In this document: positions 9,678 through 19,174 of the stretch, in pieces | How the letters are laid out: each line of letters starts with the position of its first letter | Numbering within the stretch: the first letter of the stretch is position 1 | Source: an uncultured virus (IMG/VR IMGVR_UViG_3300020049_012467) | Lineage: Duplodnaviria; Heunggongvirae; Uroviricota; Caudoviricetes | IMG/VR virus record: IMGVR_UViG_3300020049_012467 | Length of the DNA stretch: 60,980 nucleotides | Strand: one strand, 5' to 3' | The notes under the pieces: model-generated | Told to the model about the DNA's origin: nothing | Seen by the model: only the letters and a program-made list of their open reading frames with translations | Databases searched by the model: none | Translations under genes and position numbers: made by a program

Positions 9678-11867
9678 CTACGAAATCGAGACGAGCTTGA
9701 GCTTGGACTTGGACTTCTTGGACTTCTTCTTGCTGTCAGCCTTGCGCTCTTGCTTGGCCTTGTCGCGAATGTCCGTAGTAGATAGGTGCGTCCACGCGTG
9801 TTCCTTGGAAATAATTTCCACACCTAACTCGCGGGCCTTCTTGAGTTTGACGCTCATGCCTTTGGCGTCTGGCGCAAACAGCGTCGTCAGCTTGTCGTTG
9901 ATCGATCCAGTGACTACGCCGCCAGAGTCGCGAATAAAGTTCTCAATCGACTTGTCGCGGAAGCCGGTGAACGCGTAGCGCTTGCCTTTCAGAATGCCGA
10001 CAGACTTGCGGCCTTCGGTTTCCTTGATTGCGCGCTCGCAGTACGTTCCCAGCATTGCCCACTCAGCGAAGAAATTTTTCAACTGCATCGCAAAGCAGTC
10101 TGCGGCGAGTCGACCAACACCTTCGGCGCGCTGCGCCTTTTGCGACAGCGCACGGATTTCAGGATCGCCGTATCCCTTCTCGTCGAGAGTAGCTGGCCCG
10201 AAATATTTGAACAGCTTGTCCACGCCAATCTCGTCTAGGATTGCCTGCAAACGCGTCTCGCCAAGGCCGAGCTTCACGGAGCGAAACACGCCGCTGGCGT
10301 GCATGAGCTTTGCCATCGAGGCTTCGGACAGAGCTTTCCTGAGAGCGTTGCGGAATTTTTTCAGAGACACGTCGCCCCAGCCGGGCTGGCCTTTCAGCTT
10401 CTTCGACTTGCGCATGAGTTCGCCAACTGTAGTGACGCGAAGCTGCTTGCACGCGTTGGCGACAAGCGTCTTGCCAACGTTGTCAGTGTCGAGTTGCGCG
10501 AAAAAATCAGCCGGTGAGTTTGGCTTGCCTGCGCAGATTGGGCAATACAGGTCAACGCCAGTGTCCGTCCACTCAAGCGGCGCGTCGTGCTTCTTGCAGC
10601 GCTTGGGCAGCTTGGCCTTCTCGCCAGACTTCATTTCGACGCGGACAATGCGAGGGATTACGTCGCCAGAGCGAACGACAGTGACAAGCGCGCCTTCAGC
10701 GACATTATTTTCCTTCACGTACTTTGCGTTGTCCACGTAGACGTTGCGAACCTGCACGCCGCGAAACGTCGCCGGATACTTGAGGCGCACAACTGGCTTC
10801 CACAGGCCACGCGGCGTTGCGTTCCACATCACCTGACCGACTTCCAGCGTGTGCGCGTCCTGATCGACAGCATCCAGCTTGATGGCGCGGCTCCACTTTG
10901 GATTGAGGCCGTTGGAATCGTAACCCAATTTTTCCGGTTCTTCGGCGTTGGTGGAAATCACCATGCCGTCGACTTCGTACGGATGCGAGTCCACAAGGTT
11001 CTTGATGTTCTGGCGTGCGCGGCCCTTCCACGCTTTCGAACTCTCCATCGTAGTGATGTTGAAGTGCGGGATGGTGAAGCCCATTTTTTCCAGCACCTTG
11101 ATACGCACGCTCAACGGAGCCTTGTCGGCGCGAATGGAAGATGCGCCCATCGGAACGTCAGGAATGTCGGCAAGGCTCTTGGGCGGATCGAACGTCATGT
11201 CCAGAGCAATGAACTCTGCGAGCTTGAGCGTTTCGCGGCGAACAAGATTGCTCTCTTTCGCGCCGACGCATCCGACAAGCATGTTGCGGGCGTTGACGTA
11301 CTCTCGGGATTTTTTCTCTTTGGCGTGAAGCATGCTGGCGGCGCGCAACGTGGCAAAGTTCATCTTGGACAGGATGAACTCGCCGCGTACGTAGAGCTTG
11401 CAGCCGCCACGTGGGAAAATATATCCGGGGATGGTGGGGTTGCCTTTGAGCGTAGCCGTCACGTCGCGACCGGTCACACCGTCGCCGCGCGTAATGATGG
11501 CTTCCAGATTGCCGTCAGCCGCATAGACGAGCATCAGCGACATGCCGTCGAGTTTCGGCGTAACGAAGAAGCCAGACTTGCGAAATTTTTCCGGAAGCGA
11601 CTTTGCCCATTTGCGGATTTCGCTCGGGCGCACCTTGTCGAGCGATCCAACTGGAACCGGCAGCTTCACCTTGGAGCCAAGTTCGACTTCAGCAGCCTTG
11701 GAGCCGACAACGCCAGCGAAGAATTTTTTATCCATGACGCGAAGTTCGGCAACCATGGCGTCAAACTCTGCGTCAGACCAAGGCGACTTGCCTTTGGTGT
11801 AGAGGAACTGAGCAACGCGAACGCGGTTGGCAGTCCTGAATTGCTTGGCGATGGCGAACGCGGTCAT
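9678..11867 (-). CDS. ligA: NAD-dependent DNA ligase with C-terminal BRCT
   Basis: SLDK, KLDG, TRGDG, VRGE, DGMV, RSGDVIP and BRCT (FTGFRD...GG) motifs. Confidence 0.95.
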   Translation of the reverse strand: MTAFAIAKQFRTANRVRVAQFLYTKGKSPWSDAEFDAMVAELRVMDKKFFAGVVGSKAAEVELGSKVKLPVPVGSLDKVRPSEIRKWAKSLPEKFRKSGFFVTPKLDGMSLMLVYAADGNLEAIITRGDGVTGRDVTATLKGNPTIPGYIFPRGGCKLYVRGEFILSKMNFATLRAASMLHAKEKKSREYVNARNMLVGCVGAKESNLVRRETLKLAEFIALDMTFDPPKSLADIPDVPMGASSIRADKAPLSVRIKVLEKMGFTIPHFNITTMESSKAWKGRARQNIKNLVDSHPYEVDGMVISTNAEEPEKLGYDSNGLNPKWSRAIKLDAVDQDAHTLEVGQVMWNATPRGLWKPVVRLKYPATFRGVQVRNVYVDNAKYVKENNVAEGALVTVVRSGDVIPRIVRVEMKSGEKAKLPKRCKKHDAPLEWTDTGVDLYCPICAGKPNSPADFFAQLDTDNVGKTLVANACKQLRVTTVGELMRKSKKLKGQPGWGDVSLKKFRNALRKALSEASMAKLMHASGVFRSVKLGLGETRLQAILDEIGVDKLFKYFGPATLDEKGYGDPEIRALSQKAQRAEGVGRLAADCFAMQLKNFFAEWAMLGTYCERAIKETEGRKSVGILKGKRYAFTGFRDKSIENFIRDSGGVVTGSINDKLTTLFAPDAKGMSVKLKKARELGVEIISKEHAWTHLSTTDIRDKAKQERKADSKKKSKKSKSKLKLVSIS

Positions 11868-11901
11868 GGAAGCCTCGAATTATTTCTTGAATGCAGACAC
11901 G

Positions 11902-11933
11902 AAAAAACCCGGCCCCCTTGTGAGGGCCGGGTT
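11902..11933 (-). terminator. Intrinsic terminator
   Basis: On the - strand: AACCCGGCCC-loop-GGGCCGGGTTTTTT. Confidence 0.8.
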
Positions 11934-11950
11934 GATCCGTCGTGCGCCGA

Positions 11951-12748
11951 CTACTTGAAGGTCGAAGCGTTGACCTTGGCGATGGCGAGCGCGGTGGCGT
12001 ACATGTCCACCAGCTTGGATTCGGCCTTCACCTTGCCGGTGTCGACTTTCACCTTCTTGGCGGCGGCGAGTTTCTTCAGCGTCGCGAGGGACTTCGAAGC
12101 GAAGCCTTCCTGCGTCGTGTCGAACATTTCCGCAGCGGCGCGGAGCCGCTTGACCTTCTTCGCCTCGGAAGCCGTGGAAGGCAGACCAGCGAGAACCTTC
12201 TTGCTGTTGACGCCGAATTCCTTGAACGTGGCGAGGAATTTTTTCGAATTCCAGCCCTCGAACGGATCGTCGGACTCGTCCGCTTCACCGTCTTCGTCGT
12301 CCTCGGCTTCGCCGTCTTCGTCTTCTTCTTCGGCTTCTTCCTCGCCGTCATCCGAATCCTCGTCGGAGGCGTCTTCGTCCTCGTCCTCGAATTCTTCCTC
12401 GGCTTCTTCTTCCTCGCCGTCTTCGGCGTCTTCGTCTTCTTCCTCGGCTTCTTCGCCGTCTTCTTCATCGAAGTCTTCGTCCTCGTCGGCCTCGACTTCG
12501 CCGTCATCATCCTCAACGTCGGACTCGTCTTCGTCGACGCCGGCGTCTTCGGTGATTTTTTCGTGGATCGTCATGACGACCGCCATCTGGTCGGCAGCGA
12601 GTTGGATCAGCCACGCATTGTCAGAACCGAGGATTTCCTCGACCATCGTCTGCAAGTGCTGAGCCGACATGGCGGCTGCGGATTTTTTCCCTTTCGCTGC
12701 CGGTTTGGCTTTCGCTTTGGCGACAGGCTTGGTGGGTTTCCGTTTCAT
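11951..12748 (-). CDS. Protein with Lys-rich N-terminus, long Asp/Glu tract and basic C-terminal domain
   Basis: MKRKPTKPVAKAKAKPAAKGKK, then a long run of D/E; own promoter and terminator. Confidence 0.8.
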   Translation of the reverse strand: MKRKPTKPVAKAKAKPAAKGKKSAAAMSAQHLQTMVEEILGSDNAWLIQLAADQMAVVMTIHEKITEDAGVDEDESDVEDDDGEVEADEDEDFDEEDGEEAEEEDEDAEDGEEEEAEEEFEDEDEDASDEDSDDGEEEAEEEDEDGEAEDDEDGEADESDDPFEGWNSKKFLATFKEFGVNSKKVLAGLPSTASEAKKVKRLRAAAEMFDTTQEGFASKSLATLKKLAAAKKVKVDTGKVKAESKLVDMYATALAIAKVNASTFK

Positions 12749-12818
12749 GATGTGTTTGCCCCTTTCAAGTGAGCAGGTGTTGAACGCTTGTCCACAGAAC
12801 GTCCGTGGCAGCCTATAC

Positions 12819-12858
12819 AGAATACGGCATGGAATAGCGGAAGTCAACGAATCGTTAA
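12819..12858 (-). promoter_or_regulatory. Sigma70-type promoter with an overlapping CtrA-like box
   Basis: On the - strand: TTGACT-N17-TATTCT; TTAA-N7-TTGAC overlaps the -35. Confidence 0.6.
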
Positions 12859-12996
12859 GAAAGGCCCTATTTACGGGCATTTTGACGATTTTCGGCGTGT
12901 TTTGAGGCGCTGAAAACAGCCGAATCGGCGTTTCAGGCGTCTAAAACAATTTTTTCCGTGATTTTCCGGCTTTCCGGCCGCTATCTGTTTACCCGA

Positions 12997-13752
12997 TCAG
13001 CGCGGATACGCGGGATTTCGCACCGGAGCGTTGATCCACTGATAAACACCAGCCATCGAGGCAAATATTTCCTGCAATGTGGTGTAGGGAAACTGCGTTG
13101 TAGTCGGATCGTAGACTTCGCCGTTCTCGTAATAGACGGCGTGAAACCCATCTGGATTGACGCGCGAGCGCACAGAGAAGATTGCAGGCTCTCTTGGACG
13201 GAAGTTGCGCGGCTGATAGTCGACTTGCAGCGTGGCAAACTCGAAAATAATTTCGTAGTCTTCGCCGCACCAGCCTTTCTCACCAGCCGGAACCAGATAC
13301 TTGCTGCCATTCTCGACGCGAACATCGTTCACAGCGCGAACAAAGCTGACTGCGTCGTCGTACGACAAGCGCATTGCCATGGCGAAACAGCAAAGCGAGC
13401 AATCACGTGGCGTTCGTTGAGAGACAAAGAATAATTTCGCACGTTCCTTTGCCCTGTCGGCGTATTGCCTTGCGTACGTGAGCGTCTTGAGGTTGTCCAT
13501 CGACGCCTTGAAACGCATGCGATCCAGCGTCAGGAATGGATAGAGAGAAAATATTCCGCTCATCACACCATCAACGAAAGCTTCCGGCAGGCGGTGACTC
13601 TCAAAGTTCACCGTAATGTCCGATCCACTGCGCGTGCTCATAAACACGGCGTTGGAGAACTCTGAACTCGCAAACTCAAAGCCTGCGTGCTCTACGTCTC
13701 CCGCATGCTCAATGGCTTCAAGAATATCTGCCGGAAAGCTTACGTCGATCAT
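12997..13752 (-). CDS. Protein with C-terminal papain-like (C39-like) peptidase domain
   Basis: QRTPRDCSLCCFAMA ... FHAVYYENGEVYDP gives a Q..C / H / D pattern. Confidence 0.6.
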   Translation of the reverse strand: MIDVSFPADILEAIEHAGDVEHAGFEFASSEFSNAVFMSTRSGSDITVNFESHRLPEAFVDGVMSGIFSLYPFLTLDRMRFKASMDNLKTLTYARQYADRAKERAKLFFVSQRTPRDCSLCCFAMAMRLSYDDAVSFVRAVNDVRVENGSKYLVPAGEKGWCGEDYEIIFEFATLQVDYQPRNFRPREPAIFSVRSRVNPDGFHAVYYENGEVYDPTTTQFPYTTLQEIFASMAGVYQWINAPVRNPAYPR

Positions 13753-13754
13753 GA

Positions 13755-14483
13755 TTATTTTCCGCTCATGTAGCCGCGAAGCAGATCAGTACCCAGCCGC
13801 TCATCGAGCGCTGAAATGGCGCGCGTCACCATGTATTCGACCGTAAAATCGTTCACGATGCGGGCAATGCGCTCAGGGTTCTCCTCGGCAATCACGTCGT
13901 ACTGAGTGAAGACTGCGTGGTGATAGGAGTCGCCGCGACCTTCGATGAAGTCTTCGCTCGTTTCGGCATAGCGCTCTTTGAGGCGTTCCCGCAATATTTC
14001 CTGCGGCAGCGTCAGGAGCAACGTCAGGTTCGGATGCGTGATGCCGTAGCGCGGCTGGTTCAGGAATTGGATCATGGAGCGAATTTCCGAACAGCGCGAT
14101 TGCTCAAAGCCTGCTTGGAAAGCCGCCGCCATCTGATAGGCGACAGTCGAATCGTAGTAGCGGTCGCAGATTACCAGAGCGCCTTCGTTCAGCGCCGGAA
14201 TGATGACTTCTGCGTTGTGCGCAGCGCGAGCGGCCATGAACAGAAATATTTCCGACTCGACGTTGCGCTTGAAACCGTCCGGAACCGTGTATAGCTCAGC
14301 CGGTTTCAGGATCATGCGACGGATTGCTTCGGCTTCAGGCGTGCCGCCGGGCTCACGTGTAAAGACGACGCGAGTGTTTTCGAACGCAGGCGTCTTGAAT
14401 AATTCCTTGAGCGCGTTGATCAGCGTCGTCTTGCCGACGCCTTCGCCGCCTTCAATCGTAACGAACTTGCCCGGATACTTCAT
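13755..14483 (-). CDS. tmk: Thymidylate kinase
   Basis: FVTIEGGEGVGKTT, TREPGGT, CDRYYDSTVAYQ. Confidence 0.95.
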   Translation of the reverse strand: MKYPGKFVTIEGGEGVGKTTLINALKELFKTPAFENTRVVFTREPGGTPEAEAIRRMILKPAELYTVPDGFKRNVESEIFLFMAARAAHNAEVIIPALNEGALVICDRYYDSTVAYQMAAAFQAGFEQSRCSEIRSMIQFLNQPRYGITHPNLTLLLTLPQEILRERLKERYAETSEDFIEGRGDSYHHAVFTQYDVIAEENPERIARIVNDFTVEYMVTRAISALDERLGTDLLRGYMSGK

Positions 14484-14745
14484 GTTTGTTCTTCCTTTTT
14501 TTCTTGAACAGATAGTCATGCGCGTACATTGACGCCACCATGCCGAATGCAGCGCCGGTTCCGCTTGTCAGCGCAACAGCCCATCCGCCTTCAATGATGA
14601 TGTAGATTGAAGCCACGTCGAACAGCGCGATTGCGTAACTCGTCGCAAAGACGGCGCGCTTGTGATCGCCAATGACATTCTTGTGCTGGAAGCCTCGCAT
14701 GAACACTGCGATGAAACTGACAACGATGCTGGCGAGGTAGATCAT
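14452..14745 (-). CDS. Small multi-TM membrane protein
   Basis: Three hydrophobic segments. Confidence 0.65.
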   Translation of the reverse strand: MIYLASIVVSFIAVFMRGFQHKNVIGDHKRAVFATSYAIALFDVASIYIIIEGGWAVALTSGTGAAFGMVASMYAHDYLFKKKRKNKHEVSGQVRYD

Positions 14746-14749
14746 GGAA

Positions 14750-14968
14750 TTATTTGCTCTCTGGCATTCCGTCGATCATGTGGCGCACCATTGCTTCTGC
14801 CTGCGCGGCGTTCAGCAGGTTGGTTCCGCTGGGAGTGGCCTTGAACTCGTGCGGAGTTCCCTCGTTGAACACCCGGCGAATGGACAGGCCACCGTCGGGC
14901 TGTATGTCCTCGGGAAAGTGGTAGGACAGAAACCGGTCCACCATATACTTGATCTGGGCAGGCGACAT
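14750..14968 (-). CDS. Small phage protein
   Basis: AGGAG RBS; QIKYMVDRFL...PDGG...GTNLL..QAEAMVRHM. Confidence 0.7.
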   Translation of the reverse strand: MSPAQIKYMVDRFLSYHFPEDIQPDGGLSIRRVFNEGTPHEFKATPSGTNLLNAAQAEAMVRHMIDGMPESK

Positions 14969-14988
14969 GCGTAGCTCCTGTATGGAAA

Positions 14989-15354
14989 TTATTCGTTTCC
15001 GTTTGTGCGCCCTGTATGGTCGCCGCAGTAGTCGAATTTACCCGCGTTGATGTGAAAGTGGCATCCGCTTCCACCAGAGCAAGCCACGCTTGGCCTCAGT
15101 GTCGGAGCTTTCAACTCGCCGGGCGCGTCAACGCCGCCTTCGACATTCCACGTTGCGCCGTTGGAAAAGCGCTGGCCGTTGATTGGAACCATGCAGCGTT
15201 CATTGACGCCAGCCGCCGCGCGTTGACACGGAAAGGAAAACCACTTGGGCTTTCCCTCCGCATTTTTTCCGTAGGTCTGAAAGCCCTTCATCGGATTGTC
15301 AGGATTTCGCGCTTGCATCACGTCGTAGAGTTCGTCATCGTGACTGTCGCTCAT
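14989..15354 (-). CDS. Cys/His metal-binding protein (DUF6527-like)
   Basis: FPC...C...W..G....PTLRPSV...CHFHINAGKFDYCGDH. Confidence 0.6.
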   Translation of the reverse strand: MSDSHDDELYDVMQARNPDNPMKGFQTYGKNAEGKPKWFSFPCQRAAAGVNERCMVPINGQRFSNGATWNVEGGVDAPGELKAPTLRPSVACSGGSGCHFHINAGKFDYCGDHTGRTNGNE

Positions 15355-16043
15355 AGCCCTTCAGCCTTCAACTTGTGGTAGACGACGAACAGATGCTTGC
15401 AGCAACCGGGCTTGAGAGCGGTGTTATTTTTTGTAGGCTTCTCACCGTTTCCGTTGATGATCTGTGCGGCGCCGTGGAACCAGAGCGCATACTCCCAGCC
15501 GCCAAACACAAAGTCCTGACACTGGCAGTGCAGCACAATCTGCGGACACTTGTGCAGCGGCCCTTGGTAGTTGTGGTCACGCGCGAAAATAACCTGCTTC
15601 CACTCACGCGAGCCTTTGGCGTCTACCGTCTTTGTGGACGCACCAATGCCTTTGTGGTAGCGCTCATATTTTCCTTCCTGTTTACCCATGGCAGGAAGCA
15701 GGATGCGTCCGCCGCGATAGCGCAGCAAGCGAACGTCGAACGAGTTGACGATTTGAGGCTCGTACGGAACGTTGCGAATGACAGTCGGGAAAGCGACGCC
15801 CGCGCGCTCGATACGAAGCTGGCGCACAAACGTCCGAACCAGAGGCACCGGCGCCTGACGAACCTGCTTGCCAGCCTTGTTGATCGCCTTCTTGGATTTT
15901 TTCTGCGCATCCGTCTTGGCAGGCTTCTTGACGCCTGTTGGCGTTGGCGGCTGGCTTTTCAGACGGATGATGGTGGATTTTTTCGCAGCCTTTGGCTTTG
16001 GAGCCATGCGGCCGGATCGTGATCCGATTGGTTTCTTAGCCAT
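15351..16043 (-). CDS. SWIM zinc-finger protein with basic N-terminus
   Basis: CQCQDF...CCKH matches the SWIM CxC-xn-CxH pattern; GGAGG RBS. Confidence 0.75.
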   Translation of the reverse strand: MAKKPIGSRSGRMAPKPKAAKKSTIIRLKSQPPTPTGVKKPAKTDAQKKSKKAINKAGKQVRQAPVPLVRTFVRQLRIERAGVAFPTVIRNVPYEPQIVNSFDVRLLRYRGGRILLPAMGKQEGKYERYHKGIGASTKTVDAKGSREWKQVIFARDHNYQGPLHKCPQIVLHCQCQDFVFGGWEYALWFHGAAQIINGNGEKPTKNNTALKPGCCKHLFVVYHKLKAEGL

Positions 16044-16052
16044 GATGGCCTC

Positions 16053-16565
16053 CTAGTTGATCTTGTCCTTGTCGCGCGGCGGCGTCGGCGTCAGCACTGG
16101 AATATTTTTTGCTTCGGCGTCGTCCTCATCGATTTCCGACATGAGTTCAGAGTCGGTAGGTTCATCTTCCTCCCCTTCTCCGTCTTCGTCAAGGTCATCG
16201 CCCGGAACGCATTCAATACCAGCCGCTTCCAGTTCGGCTTCCGGATCGCCAAACACGACATTCTCCAGCATGAGGCGCATGACGCGCACCATGTCCTCGA
16301 TAATTTCGCGCGGGTTGTCGGATTCATCGACACCTTCCTTGATGTGTCCCGCAATGCACTCAAGCACCTGCAACGATGCGTCCAGCGAGTCGACGAGAAA
16401 AATTCCCTCGCCGTCGTTCTGAGCGCAGTCGAAGATTTCTTCTATCAGTTCGGCTGCCGCAGCACCCGCAACATCGCCCACAGACACTTCATCGCCGCGA
16501 ACGGAATTCTCCAGAACGGCAATTGCGGCCTTGCGGATTTGGCGTTGGATTGTTCTTGCTGACAA
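16053..16565 (-). CDS. Helical protein with acidic tail
   Basis: TTG start after GGAG (the track start at 16793 overlaps the upstream gene); LSARTIQRQIRKAA... Confidence 0.6.
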   Translation of the reverse strand: MSARTIQRQIRKAAIAVLENSVRGDEVSVGDVAGAAAAELIEEIFDCAQNDGEGIFLVDSLDASLQVLECIAGHIKEGVDESDNPREIIEDMVRVMRLMLENVVFGDPEAELEAAGIECVPGDDLDEDGEGEEDEPTDSELMSEIDEDDAEAKNIPVLTPTPPRDKDKIN

Positions 16566-16594
16566 AATAATTCTCCAATCTTGCAAGCCTTGGA

Positions 16595-17863
16595 TTAGCG
16601 GCGCTGCCAGTGCTGTCGTGATGGCGAGTCTTCCTCGTTCACCACTTCGTTTGCAAGATATTTTATCCGATTGACAATCCGGGTCGGCGCCGACGATTTG
16701 ATGGAGCACTTTCCAGACTTGAAGTGAGGGCACGGTTCCTTGTACTTGAACTTGCCTTCGAGGTAGGTTTCGTATTCCAGCGGAATGCGGCACGGACGGA
16801 TTGCAGAGACGCCGACCGCCAGCGCTGTAATTTTTTCATCGCTTGGTTTCTTGCTGTCGGCGTACTGCAACAGCTTCTCTACAGCCTCACGACCAGCCTT
16901 GGCGCGGTCGAGGCGTTCGGAATACTGCCTGCGCGTCTTGTCAGTCCACTTCTGCGACAGCGGAAGAAATATTGGTCCTTGTCCTTTTCCGTAGTAGCCC
17001 ATGTTCTTCGGCCGCTCGCGCGGAACGTAGACGAGAACCCATGACGTTGGCCGATGCTTGTACTTGCGCTCAAACATGACGCAGTAGTTGCTGATCTGCG
17101 CAACGTTGGACAGATACGGCAGATGGCCTTCCCATTCGCCTTCAAAGCGACGGAACGTCGTCGTCTTGTAGTCGAGAATGTAAATTTTCGCGCCGACCAG
17201 CAGAACCTTGTCCACGTGACCCGAAACGCCATGCTCGCGCAGAAAGACGATTTCGAGGTACTTGAACTTTGTGCCTTGGCACTTTGGGCAGACGTGAGGA
17301 CGAAGCCCTTTCTTGAGCCGTCTTTTTTTCTGCTTGAGCGTCTTGTCCTTGTCGCGCAGTGGCGGCGCAAAGTGGACGTAGCCAATGTCCTTGTAGCTAA
17401 CGTCTCCGGTTTCGTGGAACACCTTGTTGCGGTCGGGGCACTTGTGGTTCGTGCATCCCCAATCGCCCCACACAAAGCGACCATGACGCGGAAGGTTCGG
17501 CATCCAGAACTGAATATTTTCGTGGTGAGCCGTTCCAGACTTGGTGTAGAACTCGGCAGAGTATGATGGCTCGAACTCGTACATGCCAGAGTGCATGGCT
17601 TCAAGATCGAGCACCGGACAATACGGAAACCGCGAGGAACGATATTTCGCATCCCTCGCGGCCGGTTCAGCGGCGTCCACCATTTCCTCGAATGTGCCTA
17701 GAAGCAGTTCCTCGATACCCTCGTCGCGCAGCGAGTTCTTGAAGGCGTGGCCGATTATTTCTTCTTCTTGGCTTTCGTTCTTGCTCGCACCAGAACTTCC
17801 GCCGCGCGATTTGCCGCCGCTGGGACTTTTCGAGTGGGTGAGCTTGAGTTTGCTGAACGCCAT
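16595..17863 (-). CDS. PD-(D/E)XK (Cas4/RecB-like) exonuclease
   Basis: YCP, GTAHH, E...GHVD...LDYKT, QISNY; Cys pairs and C-terminal C..CP. Confidence 0.8.
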   Translation of the reverse strand: MAFSKLKLTHSKSPSGGKSRGGSSGASKNESQEEEIIGHAFKNSLRDEGIEELLLGTFEEMVDAAEPAARDAKYRSSRFPYCPVLDLEAMHSGMYEFEPSYSAEFYTKSGTAHHENIQFWMPNLPRHGRFVWGDWGCTNHKCPDRNKVFHETGDVSYKDIGYVHFAPPLRDKDKTLKQKKRRLKKGLRPHVCPKCQGTKFKYLEIVFLREHGVSGHVDKVLLVGAKIYILDYKTTTFRRFEGEWEGHLPYLSNVAQISNYCVMFERKYKHRPTSWVLVYVPRERPKNMGYYGKGQGPIFLPLSQKWTDKTRRQYSERLDRAKAGREAVEKLLQYADSKKPSDEKITALAVGVSAIRPCRIPLEYETYLEGKFKYKEPCPHFKSGKCSIKSSAPTRIVNRIKYLANEVVNEEDSPSRQHWQRR

Positions 17864-18543
17864 TTTTTCACTTTCTCGGCAAAGTCTTCTGCGGCGTCTT
17901 CAAACCGCTTGCGGATCGCCTTCTTGCTTAGGGCCGCAGAAGGAAGCGGAGCATCGACGATGAACGGCGTGGCGATGTTTTCAATATTGTCGCCACGATA
18001 GTCCGTGAAGGTCGGCACAGCGGTCCGGATGGCCCACTGAGATACTTTACCCATGGCGAATATGGGGAGTGACCAGTAATCTAGCGTCTGGACAAGGCGA
18101 AATATTTCTCCTTCGTATTCGCGTTTGCAATACTGCGCCATGACAAGACGCGACGGCGGCGCCAGCGGCGTCGGACCGACTATCGGATTGAGCCAATCCT
18201 GCGTCAAAGGCTGACCTTTCGGAGGCTTGGGCTTCGTGGTCGTGAAAAACCCCTCCACAATTTTCTCAGGCTTGGGAATGCGAAACGCCGAAGCCGCGAG
18301 GATTTCGTAGTCGGCAATGCCAAGGTTGAAAAACGTGTCATAGACAAATTTTCCAGCGTGGTCGCTCAGCAGCTTTCCAGCGTCAGCCACGGTCGGAGCC
18401 GGAACGACGATAGCGAGGGACGCGACTTCAACGTGAGACGGAAGCCTGTAGTCGGTGAAGCCGGGGCGTTGTCGAAACGCCAGTTCGTGTTTCCAGTCCA
18501 TGAATTTTTTCTCCTGAAAAGCCGTCATGCGAGGAAACAGCAT
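17755..18543 (-). CDS. Uracil-DNA-glycosylase-fold (family 4-like) protein, divergent
   Basis: AIVVPAP...AGKFV...LGI; YC...EI...PIFAMGKVS follow the UDG4 layout, but the GE(A/G)PG motif is degenerate. Start may be 18528 or 18501. Confidence 0.5.
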   Translation of the reverse strand: MLFPRMTAFQEKKFMDWKHELAFRQRPGFTDYRLPSHVEVASLAIVVPAPTVADAGKLLSDHAGKFVYDTFFNLGIADYEILAASAFRIPKPEKIVEGFFTTTKPKPPKGQPLTQDWLNPIVGPTPLAPPSRLVMAQYCKREYEGEIFRLVQTLDYWSLPIFAMGKVSQWAIRTAVPTFTDYRGDNIENIATPFIVDAPLPSAALSKKAIRKRFEDAAEDFAEKVKKWRSANSSSPTRKVPAAANRAAEVLVRARTKAKKKK

Positions 18544-18579
18544 TTTACCATAGTCGCGATGCAGACGGAAGTGAAAAGG

Positions 18580-19170
18580 CTGGCAGCGGCTAGAAGCCTT
18601 GGTCTACAACGTCTAAGAGAGCTACGAGCGTAGCGAAGCGAAGCGAGACTACAGCCTCGGAGCGAAGCGGAGAGGCTGATCAGTGCTTTAGACTTCGGCC
18701 TGAAATCGCTTCCGCGTTTCCACTGGTCCGCTTCGCCATGTCTGAAACTCAAACTTTGCCCTGTTGAGGCCATCTAGAGGGGGTCTAGAGGCGTCTACGG
18801 GCGCTTTCGCGCCAATCTGACCTGTGGAAAATATTCCAGATTTCCACGACTTTCTTTGTTGGAACCCCATAGGGGTTCTTTTTTCTTTGTACTAGAATAT
18901 CCGTGTTAGCTGCTGAACCCCTTAATCCATTCCTTAACTCCAAACCTCTGATGGTTTTCCTTGATGGTCCTTTCCGAATTTTTTCTTTCGGCTTCTTCCG
19001 TCCCATGTTTCGATGGGTCCGTGTATAGGCGCAAAGCCGCTCGGAATCCGGTCACATTTTTGGGGGCGGGGGTTTACCCGGTTCTCACGGCCACCTTCAA
19101 ACCCCTTTATTTCAAGCCTTCCTGCGTGACTACGCGACAGGGCTAAATACGACAGACTTTGCATTGGAGT
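18580..19170. other. Divergent intergenic region, candidate replication origin/regulatory region
   Basis: Strand switch; GCGAAGC repeats, TCTAGAGG repeats, pyrimidine-rich AT-richer tract; no convincing gene. Confidence 0.4.
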
Positions 19171-19174
19171 CGTC

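Noticed and set aside
10587..12772. Long antisense ORFs (691 aa here; also 43161-45407, 33608-34783, 40639-41788, 22407-23828)
   Set aside because: Shadows of GC-rich, codon-biased real genes on the opposite strand; no RBS or motifs.
16595..17863. Cas4-like gene as part of a CRISPR-Cas system
   Set aside because: No repeat-spacer array or other cas genes seen; solo PD-(D/E)XK nucleases are common in phage replication blocks.
18922..18938. TTAA-N8-TTAAC as a CtrA box in the candidate origin
   Set aside because: The spacer is 8 nt rather than the canonical 7; may be chance.
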